DNA of 34,401 nucleotides, taken from IMG/VR virus record IMGVR_UViG_3300038393_000923, positions 1 through 34,401 of that record. The stretch is one strand, 5' to 3'. The notes beneath the pieces were generated by a model. That model saw only the letters and a list, made by a program, of their open reading frames with translations. It was not told the origin of the DNA and did not search any database. Positions 17,351 through 26,747 of this stretch are shown piece by piece; position 1 is the first letter of the stretch, and every line of letters begins with the position of its first letter. Source of the stretch: a virus (Duplodnaviria > Caudoviricetes). The position numbers were made by a program, and so were the translations under genes.

Positions 17351-19504
17351 ATGTCATATATTCCTTATCATGTACATACGTATTATTCAATCTTAGATGG
17401 TTTTGGCTCTCCTAAAGCCAACGTAGCCCGTGCAAAAAAGCTCGGGCTATCTGCATTGGGTATTAGCGACCACGGTAACGTCTTTGGCCATATCGCCCAT
17501 TGGACAGAATGCAAGAAAGCCAAAATTAAGCCAATCTTAGGTGTTGAATTATACGTAACACATAAATCTGCGGCGATTAAAGAACAAGACAATAGAGCTA
17601 ACTGTCATATGGTCTGTTGGGCCAAGAATAAAGACGGCTGGCTTAATTTGATGAAACTAGTAAGCAAAACAAATGACCCCGAGTATTACTACTACAAGCC
17701 AAGGATTTCTCTATTCAACTGGACAGATACAGATAATAACATCACCCATGTTGGACTTGAACATTTCGTTGGTAGAGATAAGGGAATTATGTCGTTCTCC
17801 GGACACCAAGGAAGTCATTTGGCAGACAATTTATTCTGCGATTTGTTCGGAGATCATGAGCAACGACGTAGTGATATTAAAAGAGCTTACGGGCAATATA
17901 AAGAAAGAGACATTGAATTCTATAGAAAATTCCTTAAAGAAGACTGGCTGGAATCCACCTGCGAACTTGCTGAAAAAATGGAAGGAATGTTTGGCAAGGG
18001 AAATTTCTTTATAGAATTACAAAATGAACTTAAGCCAACAGATCGCTTGGCATTATGGATTCATCCGCTTATTGTAGAGTGCTTACGTGAGGTTTCTAAG
18101 CAAACTGGAATTCCCGCTATGGCCTCTTCTGATCCACACTATCCTTCACCAGAAGATGCTGCTGACCAGCGTTTGATGGTAATGACTAATATGAAGGAAA
18201 CGGAGGCGTCTGTTCAAGGGAAATTGGATAGCGAGGAAGGCCATGATGTCATGGTATTCTTTGGTAGCGATAATTTCTATATTCATTCTTATGATGAAAT
18301 GAAAGAAAAGTTTACCGAAGAAGAACTCGCTATGACTGTTAAAGTTGGCGAGCAGATTGAGGAATTTGATATTTCTCACAAGCCATATATTCCTAAGTAT
18401 GATGTACCAGAATTTGACACAACTGCATCTTGGCTAGAGTCTGCACCAGCGATTGAAGATAAATACTTAGTACACCTTTGTATCGAAGGTGCCAAAAAAT
18501 TAAAACCATGGCTAAATGATGATTGGAAAGATACTAAGCGTAAATATTCAAAAGAACAATATTGGAAGCGACTTATAGAACAAGAATTTCCTGTTATCTT
18601 TAAAGCTCAATTGTCAAGTTATTTTCTAATTGTATGGGATTATTGTATGGCTGCCGATAATCGACCAATAGATCATAGTTTTAACTGGAAAGAAAATCTC
18701 GCCAAAGGCGGTAAGATAGATCCAATTCCTCGTGGCGTAGGTCGCGGTTCTGCTGCTGGATGTTTGATTTCATATCTTATTGGTATTACAGATATTGATC
18801 CAATTCTTTATGATTTATCATTTACAAGATTTTATTCAGAAGGACGAAATACAGCAGATCATATAGAATATCCTGATATTGATTCAGATTTCGCAGTGGA
18901 AGATAGAGAATGGGTTATCGCTTATCTTGAAGATAAGTACGGTAAAGATAATGTAGCTCAAATTATTACATTTCAACGAATTCAAGGTAAAGCCGCTGTT
19001 AAAGATATCTTTAGAGTAAAGAATGTTGAAGGTGGATTCGATTTATCTAATGAGATTTGTAAGTATATTCCCGGCGAAGCTGAAATTGCCGATGATATTC
19101 AAGCAATGCGTGATGCTGGCCATGAAGGATATGGAATTCTACGTTGGGCTTTAGATAATTCTGAAAAAATTCAAGAATATTACACTGATCCAAAACTCAA
19201 GCCATTATTTGACCAAGCAGTAAGATGCGAAGGTACAAAACGTGGTCAAGGAAGACATCCATCTGGAGTTATTGTTGCACCAAAACCTGTTGAAGAATGT
19301 TTTCCTATGGCTTTGGATACAAAGACTAAGGAAAAGATTATTGCGGTTGATATGAATGAAGTAGCAAAGCTCGGCGGAATTAAGATGGATATTCTAGGTG
19401 TTGCTATCTTAGATAAACTTAAAATGGCACAGGATTTAGTTAATGGTGTTACTCCACGAAGGAATAGAATAAATGATTACATTGAATCAGACGACACTGA
19501 ATAG
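17351..19504 (+). CDS. dnaE: DNA polymerase III alpha, N-terminal subunit (PHP, palm, thumb)
   Basis: PHP motifs HVHTYYSILDG, SDHGN, KPILGVELY and DPHY; GRGSAAGCL, catalytic PDIDSDF, HPSGVIV and KMDILG. Start is ATG 17351 (GTG 17339 is an alternative). Confidence 0.95.
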   Translation: MSYIPYHVHTYYSILDGFGSPKANVARAKKLGLSALGISDHGNVFGHIAHWTECKKAKIKPILGVELYVTHKSAAIKEQDNRANCHMVCWAKNKDGWLNLMKLVSKTNDPEYYYYKPRISLFNWTDTDNNITHVGLEHFVGRDKGIMSFSGHQGSHLADNLFCDLFGDHEQRRSDIKRAYGQYKERDIEFYRKFLKEDWLESTCELAEKMEGMFGKGNFFIELQNELKPTDRLALWIHPLIVECLREVSKQTGIPAMASSDPHYPSPEDAADQRLMVMTNMKETEASVQGKLDSEEGHDVMVFFGSDNFYIHSYDEMKEKFTEEELAMTVKVGEQIEEFDISHKPYIPKYDVPEFDTTASWLESAPAIEDKYLVHLCIEGAKKLKPWLNDDWKDTKRKYSKEQYWKRLIEQEFPVIFKAQLSSYFLIVWDYCMAADNRPIDHSFNWKENLAKGGKIDPIPRGVGRGSAAGCLISYLIGITDIDPILYDLSFTRFYSEGRNTADHIEYPDIDSDFAVEDREWVIAYLEDKYGKDNVAQIITFQRIQGKAAVKDIFRVKNVEGGFDLSNEICKYIPGEAEIADDIQAMRDAGHEGYGILRWALDNSEKIQEYYTDPKLKPLFDQAVRCEGTKRGQGRHPSGVIVAPKPVEECFPMALDTKTKEKIIAVDMNEVAKLGGIKMDILGVAILDKLKMAQDLVNGVTPRRNRINDYIESDDTE

Positions 19505-22028
19505 TCCAGATAAAAATAAACAATTAAATAACATTATAAACAGTGGATTCAGTTTAGACAGTGCTGTTTATAAAGAAACACAACAAAGAATTGTAGAATC
19601 TGATTCACAAAGATTTGCAGTTCCAAAATCTGGTCAATATAACTTTAAAAATATACCATTAAATGATCCTCGCGTTTGGTCGCTATTTGCTCGCGGAGAT
19701 ACACTTGGAATTTTTCAGCTTGAGAAACAACTTGGACAAGATTGGTCAAAGAAAGCCAAACCTCAGAGTATCGAGGAATTAGCTGCTCTTGTTTCTATTT
19801 TGAGACCCGGACCATTGGAAAGCGGATATTCTGAATCATATGTAAAAAGAAAACACGGCGAGGAGGAAATTACATATCTTCATCCAGCACTTGAGCATAT
19901 TTTACAAGATACGTATGGATCACTGATTTACCAAGAACAAGCTATGAAAATTGCTGTTGATTTGGCAGGATTTAGTTCCGTTCAAGCAGACAATCTTCGT
20001 AAAGCTATTGGTAAAAAGAAACCAGAAGAAATGGTTAAAGTGAAAAAAATGTTTCTTGAAGGAGCTAAGAAGAAAGGTTTAATCAATGAAAAAGAAGCAG
20101 AGGAAATATTTGGCTGGATTGAAAAATCTGTTAGATACTGTGTTTCCGGTGATACTATAATTAAAAAATGTACTAAAGGTAAATATTTAAAAGATAATGG
20201 ATATACAGTTGAACACATGTTCAAAATCAGAAATGATATAGAATATGCAAAAAAGACTGGCCATTTATCATTATATAAAAAATGGAAACTGCTTAAAAAT
20301 TATGGCAAAGGTTTATCTTTAGATTCTGATGGTAGAATAAGACCAAATGACATCATTGACATTAAGTATATAGGTAAAAGACAAGTTTTAGAAATTATCC
20401 TTGAAAATGGTGCAAAAATAAAGGTAACTCCAGATCATAAATTTCCTATTGATATTACTAAAGAAATCAAAGCTTGTGATCTGAAAATTGGTGATTATTT
20501 GCTAATTTGTGGTGAATATGAAGTCACTGATTTTAAACCAATGACTAGATTTAGTAATAAATCAATTGAAAACATAAATAGAAATAAAAGTTATTTTGGA
20601 CAAGGTTTTCCAAAAGGTGAACAAAATCCATTCTGGACAGGCGGCGGTTTCTCTAAATTTGAAAAAGCAAAAGAAATATTGGAGAATGTTTGCTTTCATT
20701 GCGGCAAAAATTCACTTGAAACCAGAATTGAAACACATCATGTAGATGGCAATAGATGTAATAACGAATTAGAAAACTTAATAAAGTTATGTTCTTCATG
20801 TCATAAAAAAATTGAATATTCTAACGGTCGTGTTAAGCGTGGCGAAAAGGGATACCCTTATGTTAAAGTTAAAATTAGTTCTATAAAGAAATTACCAGAA
20901 GAAAATGTTTACGATGTAATTATGAATGTTCCATCGCATAACTTTGTAACTGGTGATGGAATAATTACTTCTAATTGCTTTAATAAAGCTCACGCAGTAT
21001 CCTATGCTCTAATCTCTTATCTTTCAGCTTACCAAAAAGTCCATTTTCCGACGGAATTCTATACCTCTTGGCTCACTTATTCAGATTGGAAACCAGATCC
21101 CAAAGAAGAAATTTATAATCTTGTTCAGAACGCACGTCTAAATAATGTCACAGTAAATCCACCAGACGTTCGGCGTAAAAATATTGATTTCGAAATTGTT
21201 GGCGATAAGCAGATAATCTTCGGCCTATCTCATATTCGTGGAGTTGGATCGAAAGCAATTGATAACATTAAAGAATTATCAGATAAAGATTTAAGTACAT
21301 TTCTAGGATTTCTAAAATCCGCTAAGAAGATTAGAAGAAACGTCGCAGAAAGTCTTATAAAGTCTGGTGCCTGCGATTGTTATGGCAAAAGTAGAACATT
21401 AATGCTACGTCACCTTCACGTTCTTTTAGGTCGTGGCGAAAAAGATACTTTTGAGATTCCACCAGAAGTTAAACCATTAACTCCTAAGGAATATGAATAT
21501 GTAATGTCAAAAATTGATGAGAAAGGTATTCAGAATGCGTTGTATAGCTTAATTGAAGATGGAAAATGTGTTAAAAAAAGAATTCCAACAATTGAAGCTA
21601 AAATATCGTATCTCGTGAATTTACAAGCCGACACAAATCGTCAAAAGAGTATCTGGGAAAAACTTTACCTAGGACTCAATCTTACCTGCTCTGCTGCGGA
21701 TGACGTTCAATATACTGAAAGAAACGTTAAAACCTGCCGCGAAGTCTATAAAGCAGAAAACCGCTCAAAAGTAACAATGCATTGTGTTATCGATGCAATC
21801 AGGATGAGAAAAACCGGCGAAAAATCTCGTAATCCGGGATTAGATTATTGTTATTTATCTATTTCTGATAATACTGGTGCTTTAATTAATGTAGTGTGTT
21901 GGCCAGAAGTTTATGAAAAAATCAAGGGTGATTTGATCGAAGATACAGTAGCGTCTATTGTAGCAAAGAAAGAATGCTGGAATGGTCGAGATCAGATTGT
22001 CGTACAAGATATTCAAATCATTGGTTAA
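19473..22028 (+). CDS. dnaE: DNA polymerase III alpha, C-terminal subunit (fingers, HhH, OB), intein-containing
   Basis: IPLND, GIFQLE, LRPGPL, TYGSLIYQEQ, ADNLRKAIGKK, FNKAHAVSY, GLSHIRGVG, ESLIKSGACD and an OB-fold ISDNTG; AAGGA SD 9 nt before the ATG. Confidence 0.93.
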   Translation: MITLNQTTLNSPDKNKQLNNIINSGFSLDSAVYKETQQRIVESDSQRFAVPKSGQYNFKNIPLNDPRVWSLFARGDTLGIFQLEKQLGQDWSKKAKPQSIEELAALVSILRPGPLESGYSESYVKRKHGEEEITYLHPALEHILQDTYGSLIYQEQAMKIAVDLAGFSSVQADNLRKAIGKKKPEEMVKVKKMFLEGAKKKGLINEKEAEEIFGWIEKSVRYCVSGDTIIKKCTKGKYLKDNGYTVEHMFKIRNDIEYAKKTGHLSLYKKWKLLKNYGKGLSLDSDGRIRPNDIIDIKYIGKRQVLEIILENGAKIKVTPDHKFPIDITKEIKACDLKIGDYLLICGEYEVTDFKPMTRFSNKSIENINRNKSYFGQGFPKGEQNPFWTGGGFSKFEKAKEILENVCFHCGKNSLETRIETHHVDGNRCNNELENLIKLCSSCHKKIEYSNGRVKRGEKGYPYVKVKISSIKKLPEENVYDVIMNVPSHNFVTGDGIITSNCFNKAHAVSYALISYLSAYQKVHFPTEFYTSWLTYSDWKPDPKEEIYNLVQNARLNNVTVNPPDVRRKNIDFEIVGDKQIIFGLSHIRGVGSKAIDNIKELSDKDLSTFLGFLKSAKKIRRNVAESLIKSGACDCYGKSRTLMLRHLHVLLGRGEKDTFEIPPEVKPLTPKEYEYVMSKIDEKGIQNALYSLIEDGKCVKKRIPTIEAKISYLVNLQADTNRQKSIWEKLYLGLNLTCSAADDVQYTERNVKTCREVYKAENRSKVTMHCVIDAIRMRKTGEKSRNPGLDYCYLSISDNTGALINVVCWPEVYEKIKGDLIEDTVASIVAKKECWNGRDQIVVQDIQIIG
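20139..20975 (+). mobile_element. Intein (279 aa) with an HNH endonuclease domain, inserted in DnaE
   Basis: Extein junction EKSVRY|CVSGDT...IITSN|CFNKAH. Block B VTPDHKF, block F VYDVIMNVPSHNF, and internal CFHCG...HHVDGNRCNNELENLIKLCSSCH. Confidence 0.92.
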
Positions 22029-22037
22029 GGAGCCAAT

Positions 22038-22361
22038 ATGGACTATGAAACAATTATTGGCATTGTAATACAGAAAACCCTAGAAGCACTTGGGTCTTCT
22101 GGATTTAATCACAATGTTCAAATGCAAGTTAGACAACATGCTTTAGACGAAATTGCGTTACGCGAAAAGTACGCTACTAGTGGACGTAAAGCAGTAGAAA
22201 GAGATCCTGTAGCGGAAATTAAAGCAAAAAATACTGTTGCAGAAGTAAAAAATTACACTCCAAATCCTAATGAGACATTTCACGATATAGCTAAACATAA
22301 TAGTGAAGCTGTTGATGAAATGATGAAGGAAAAGAAAGCACGAAAGAATAATAAAGCTTAA
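22038..22361 (+). CDS. Hypothetical protein
   Basis: 107-aa ORF with an AAGGAG SD. Confidence 0.75.
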   Translation: MDYETIIGIVIQKTLEALGSSGFNHNVQMQVRQHALDEIALREKYATSGRKAVERDPVAEIKAKNTVAEVKNYTPNPNETFHDIAKHNSEAVDEMMKEKKARKNNKA

Positions 22362-22362
22362 T

Positions 22363-24015
22363 ATGAGAAAAAAGCGTATTTTATGGGTGTCTGAAGCATC
22401 ATTTATGGCGACTGGTTTCAGCACCCTTACTATGGAGATTCTACAACGACTACACGCCACTGGCAAGTACGAGTTGGCAGAATTAGGATGTTATGCAAAG
22501 AGTAGCGATCCAAGAACAGGTTATTTGCCTTGGACGTTTTATGGCGGAATTCCCGAAGCTAATGATGCTTTGGGCATAGAAAGATATAACAACTCTATCT
22601 ATGGTCAATTTGGCGAATCTGTATTTGAACAGGTTTGCTTAGATTTTAAGCCAGATATTGTTATTGATGTAAGAGACTGGTGGATGTGCGAGTATCAACT
22701 ACGCAGTCCATATCGTCGTTTATTCAAGTTGATGTGGATGCCAACAGTTGACGGCGAACCTCAACGATTAGAGTGGCTTGATTCATATTCTAGAGCAGAT
22801 ATGATTCTTACATATAGCAAATATGGTAAGGAAGTTCTAGAAAGAGAAGCACCCGGCAAGATCAAGGTATTTGATATTGTTGGTCCCGGTGTTGATCATG
22901 AACTATTTAAGCCAATGGATAAGAAGCTATTACGTAGCCGACTATCTATTCCCGCTGATGCAAATATTATTATGACCGTTATGCGTAATCAGCGTAGAAA
23001 GCTATATCCTGATCTAATTGAGACATTCAAGGAATATTTAAAGTATTGTGCCAAGCGTGGAGACGATAAACTTGCCAGCAATACTTATTTATATCTTCAC
23101 ACATCATATCCAGATGTTGGTTTTGATATTGCCCGCCATATTATGCAAAATGGTGTTGGCCACAGAGTATTAACAACTTATGTTTGTCAAAACTGCAAGA
23201 CTTATTATGTAGATTTCTTCCAAACAGAGTTGACAACTTGTGCAAAATGTGGTGCTTTGGCTGCACATATGCCAAATACACAGAATGGTGTGAGTCGTCA
23301 GCAACTCGCCGCATTAATTAACTTGGCAGATCTATATGTTCAATATTCGATTTGCGAGGGTTTTGGAATGCCTTTGGCAGAAGGTAAGGCTTGTGGCGTT
23401 CCCGCAATGGGAATCGATTACAGTGCCACTTCCGAGCAAGTAAACGCCCCCGGATGCACGCCCATCAAGGTCGCTAAGTTCTTCTATGAACCAGTGATTG
23501 AAACAGAACAAAAACGTGCTCTTCCTGATGTTGAAGATGCCGTTAAGAAATTCTATGAGTTCTTTAAGAAGTCACCAGAAGACCGACAGAAACTTGGTGT
23601 TCTAGCAAGAAAAGACGCTGTTGAAAACCATTCATTCAATAGAGCCGCTAATGTATTTGAAAGAGCTATTGATTCTATGGAGATTCATGATCCAGAAACA
23701 ACTTGGGACAATCCAAGTCAAGTCAATGCTCCAATGAATACAGATATTCCTAAGGTGTCTAATAATAGTGCCTTCATAGATTGGTGTTTAGATAATATTT
23801 TAGGTAGGCCAGATCTAAAAAATACATATTGGCGAAATGAGCTTGTTAAAGGTTTGAACGTTGGATTTAATATTCAGCGTGGCGGACGAGAACAATTTAA
23901 TCATGAAACCGCCGTAAATCTTTTTATTCAATTAGCTAAGAATAATAATTTCTGGGAATATATTAGAACTAAACCATTTGCTACTAAACAAGAATTGAAG
24001 TGGGAAACAGTTTAA
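22363..24015 (+). CDS. GT-B (GT4-like) glycosyltransferase with a zinc-ribbon insertion and C-terminal extension
   Basis: ILWVSEA...TGFS, PGVDHELF, RNQRRK and ADLYVQYSICEGFGMPLAEGKACGVP (ExFGxxxxE motif); CQNC-x14-CAKC insert. Confidence 0.9.
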   Translation: MRKKRILWVSEASFMATGFSTLTMEILQRLHATGKYELAELGCYAKSSDPRTGYLPWTFYGGIPEANDALGIERYNNSIYGQFGESVFEQVCLDFKPDIVIDVRDWWMCEYQLRSPYRRLFKLMWMPTVDGEPQRLEWLDSYSRADMILTYSKYGKEVLEREAPGKIKVFDIVGPGVDHELFKPMDKKLLRSRLSIPADANIIMTVMRNQRRKLYPDLIETFKEYLKYCAKRGDDKLASNTYLYLHTSYPDVGFDIARHIMQNGVGHRVLTTYVCQNCKTYYVDFFQTELTTCAKCGALAAHMPNTQNGVSRQQLAALINLADLYVQYSICEGFGMPLAEGKACGVPAMGIDYSATSEQVNAPGCTPIKVAKFFYEPVIETEQKRALPDVEDAVKKFYEFFKKSPEDRQKLGVLARKDAVENHSFNRAANVFERAIDSMEIHDPETTWDNPSQVNAPMNTDIPKVSNNSAFIDWCLDNILGRPDLKNTYWRNELVKGLNVGFNIQRGGREQFNHETAVNLFIQLAKNNNFWEYIRTKPFATKQELKWETV

Positions 24016-24413
24016 TGGATAATTTTACAGAATATGTTTTAGGCTTTATGTTTGATCAATCTGGCGAGAATGTTGTTCTTATCGAGAAGAATAAACCAGA
24101 ATGGCAAAAGGGTAAAATAAATGGCGTAGGCGGCAAAGTTGAACCAAATGAAAGCTTTGCTATCTCCGCTATGGTTAGAGAATTCGAAGAAGAAACTGGT
24201 GTAGAAACTATTGTTTCAGACTGGTTATTTATTGACACTATAGATTTACCAGATGTTAGAATCTGGGTATTTGCTTCGTCTCAAGGCAAAATGGATGTCG
24301 AGAGTAAAACGAACGAGAAAGTTGGTGTATACAAAGTCAACAATCTCCCAAAAAATGTTTTATCCAATGTTCCTAAATTAATAAAGAAATCTTTAGAAGA
24401 GGTTTTATGGTAG
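24015..24413 (+). CDS. Nudix hydrolase
   Basis: Nudix box GGKVEPNESFAISAMVREFEEETG; TAATG-coupled start. Confidence 0.9.
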   Translation: MDNFTEYVLGFMFDQSGENVVLIEKNKPEWQKGKINGVGGKVEPNESFAISAMVREFEEETGVETIVSDWLFIDTIDLPDVRIWVFASSQGKMDVESKTNEKVGVYKVNNLPKNVLSNVPKLIKKSLEEVLW

Positions 24414-24622
24414 GTAAGATTGTTAAAGTTCCGACTACTGAACAAAAAATAATAATTGCTGGTAGTTTTGGAACTATTAAAGAAACATACTATAGAGGAA
24501 TGACATTCGACGGAGAATGGCTTACATGCAGAAATCCAATAGTATTGGCAAATTCTTTAAAAGAGTATATTCAAAATAATATTGATGAGTTTTTACCCCT
24601 TGCTGAACCGAAGGAAATATAA
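24407..24622 (+). CDS. Small hypothetical protein
   Basis: 71-aa ORF with a GAGG SD. Confidence 0.65.
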   Translation: MVGKIVKVPTTEQKIIIAGSFGTIKETYYRGMTFDGEWLTCRNPIVLANSLKEYIQNNIDEFLPLAEPKEI

Positions 24623-25743
24623 TGAAGGTAGTAGTGGCTGGACCCTACGCAGACGGGACTGGTTATGCCAAAGCATGTATTGAAAACATCATGGCTCTAG
24701 ACTCCGTTGGTGTAGAAGTTGTTCCTCGCTCTGTTAAGATGACAAATACTAGTGGCGAGGTTCCTGAAAGAATTAAAGAATTAGAAAAGAATGATCTGCT
24801 TAATGTAGATGTGGTGTTTAATTATAATCTACCTAGTGAGTTTATTTACAAAGGTGGAGTCAAGAACGTTGGAAGTTTTGCTTATGAAACTAGCGGATTT
24901 CCTAATACCAACTGGATGCATCACATTGAATTAATGGATAAGATTATTGTCCCATGTAATCATCAAAAGGCTGTATTATTAACACAGAATCTTGATTTGC
25001 ATGTTGATGTAATACCACATTGCGTTGATACTGCCAAGTTTTCAAAAAAATATAAAACATTTGCTTTTGACTTGCCAAAGAATACTATTAAGTTTTATAC
25101 TATTGCTGAATTTGGTAGACGAAAGAATATTCCAGCTCTCTTGTTGGCGTATTACTCTGCTTTTACTTCTGACGACAATGTTGTTTTAGTTATTAAGACA
25201 CATATGCCAAATAGAAATGGAGCATCAACTCTATCAGCAGTAAAGAATATAATTGATGATTTAAAGCACGGAATGGGGCGATTTACAAATCAAGATCGTT
25301 ATCCAAAAGTCATTATTCAAACAGAATATATGACAGATGATGAAATCAATTCTCTTCATAAGAGTTGTGATATTTTTGTAACGGCTTCTCATGGTGAAGC
25401 TTGGTGTTTACCAGCAATTGATGCGTTGGGATTTGGCAATCCAGTGATTGCTCCTAAGCACGGTGCATTCAAAGATTATATTTATCAAAATGGTGGCGTT
25501 CTAGTTGATGGAGTAGAATCTCCAGTGTTTGGAGTAGATGGTGGCCCCGCTGGTCTTTATACCGCAGACGAAGATTGGTTTAATGTAACTATTAATAGTC
25601 TTGCTAATGCTATGGTTAGAGTGGCTATTGATAAGAATGTATGGCTATCAGATGAAAATCGCAATAAGCGTTCTAGAGATGCGTGTTTACATTATTCTAG
25701 AGAGAACGTAGGAGCATGCCTAAAAATGGCACTGGAGAAATAA
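24622..25743 (+). CDS. GT-B (GT4-like) glycosyltransferase
   Basis: GTGYA, AYET, IPHCVD, RRKNI and DIFVTASHGEAWCLPAIDALGFGNPVI. Confidence 0.9.
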   Translation: MKVVVAGPYADGTGYAKACIENIMALDSVGVEVVPRSVKMTNTSGEVPERIKELEKNDLLNVDVVFNYNLPSEFIYKGGVKNVGSFAYETSGFPNTNWMHHIELMDKIIVPCNHQKAVLLTQNLDLHVDVIPHCVDTAKFSKKYKTFAFDLPKNTIKFYTIAEFGRRKNIPALLLAYYSAFTSDDNVVLVIKTHMPNRNGASTLSAVKNIIDDLKHGMGRFTNQDRYPKVIIQTEYMTDDEINSLHKSCDIFVTASHGEAWCLPAIDALGFGNPVIAPKHGAFKDYIYQNGGVLVDGVESPVFGVDGGPAGLYTADEDWFNVTINSLANAMVRVAIDKNVWLSDENRNKRSRDACLHYSRENVGACLKMALEK

Positions 25744-26747
25744 TGCAAAATAAGACAGAAGGAATTTTAAGAGCCATTAATAATCATAGTGGCCGCTACA
25801 ATATCTTAACATTTCCTACTCATGAGGCCTATCAGAGTAGTTATGCTAAAATGCCACATACATTCTATCTTTGGCAAGGAAAGGGAATTAAAACTTGGAA
25901 TCATAAGTACCGATCGCTTCCAGAGAATGTTGTTCTGTTAGATGGAAGTGAAAACCAGATCAAGCCAGATATGAAGTTTGATATGGTACTAAGTCAAAAT
26001 AAGTTTGGTCAATTTCAAGTTGCAAAGCAATTGGCAACTATACTAAACTTACCATTACTTAGTATTGAACACACGCTTCCTGTTCCGACGTGGAGCAAGC
26101 GTCAACGAGAATCCATGACAGAAATGCGTGGAAATCTCAATGTCTTTATTAGTGAATATAGTGTTAAAGAGTGGGGATTTAGTTTAGAAGATTCAACAGT
26201 AAAGGTGATTCATCATGGTATTGACACAGACATCTTTAAACCTTCTATTGACAAAGCAAAAAATGGTAAAATTCTTACAGTTGTTAACGATTGGATTAGT
26301 CGCGACTGGTGTTGTGGCTGGAGCATTTACAGCCGGGTATCTAATGGCCTTCCTGTAAATCCAATTGGAGATACACAGGGATTCTCAAAGCCCGCTAAAG
26401 ACGTAGACGATCTTGTACGACATTATCAACAGGGATCAGTATTTCTTAATACTAGCACCGTTAGCCCTGTTCCAACGGCACTTCTAGAGGCTATGGCCTG
26501 CGGTTGTCCAGTTGTTACTACAGCAACATGCATGATACCAGAAGTTGTACAAGATGGCGTCAATGGATTTATTTCCAACGACGAAGGATATTTACGAGAT
26601 CGTTTGATTTGGTGTTTACGTAATCCTGATGAGGCAGCCAAGCTTGGCGAGGCCGCACGGGAAACAATTCTAAATCGATTCTCATTGGATAAACACGTAG
26701 ATGCTTGGAATAATGTCTTTAAGGAAGTTTATGGCAGACCAAATTGA
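25743..26747 (+). CDS. GT-B (GT4-like) glycosyltransferase
   Basis: IHHGIDTDIF and VFLNTSTVSPVPTALLEAMACGCPVV...VQDGVNGF; TAATG-coupled start. Confidence 0.9.
   Translation: MQNKTEGILRAINNHSGRYNILTFPTHEAYQSSYAKMPHTFYLWQGKGIKTWNHKYRSLPENVVLLDGSENQIKPDMKFDMVLSQNKFGQFQVAKQLATILNLPLLSIEHTLPVPTWSKRQRESMTEMRGNLNVFISEYSVKEWGFSLEDSTVKVIHHGIDTDIFKPSIDKAKNGKILTVVNDWISRDWCCGWSIYSRVSNGLPVNPIGDTQGFSKPAKDVDDLVRHYQQGSVFLNTSTVSPVPTALLEAMACGCPVVTTATCMIPEVVQDGVNGFISNDEGYLRDRLIWCLRNPDEAAKLGEAARETILNRFSLDKHVDAWNNVFKEVYGRPN

Noticed and set aside
19440-19660. Split (trans-splicing) intein or programmed frameshift joining the two dnaE halves
   Set aside because: There are no intein N- or C-terminal motifs at the break and no obvious slippery sequence in the overlap. 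Gene 2 has its own SD and ATG preceded by an in-frame stop.
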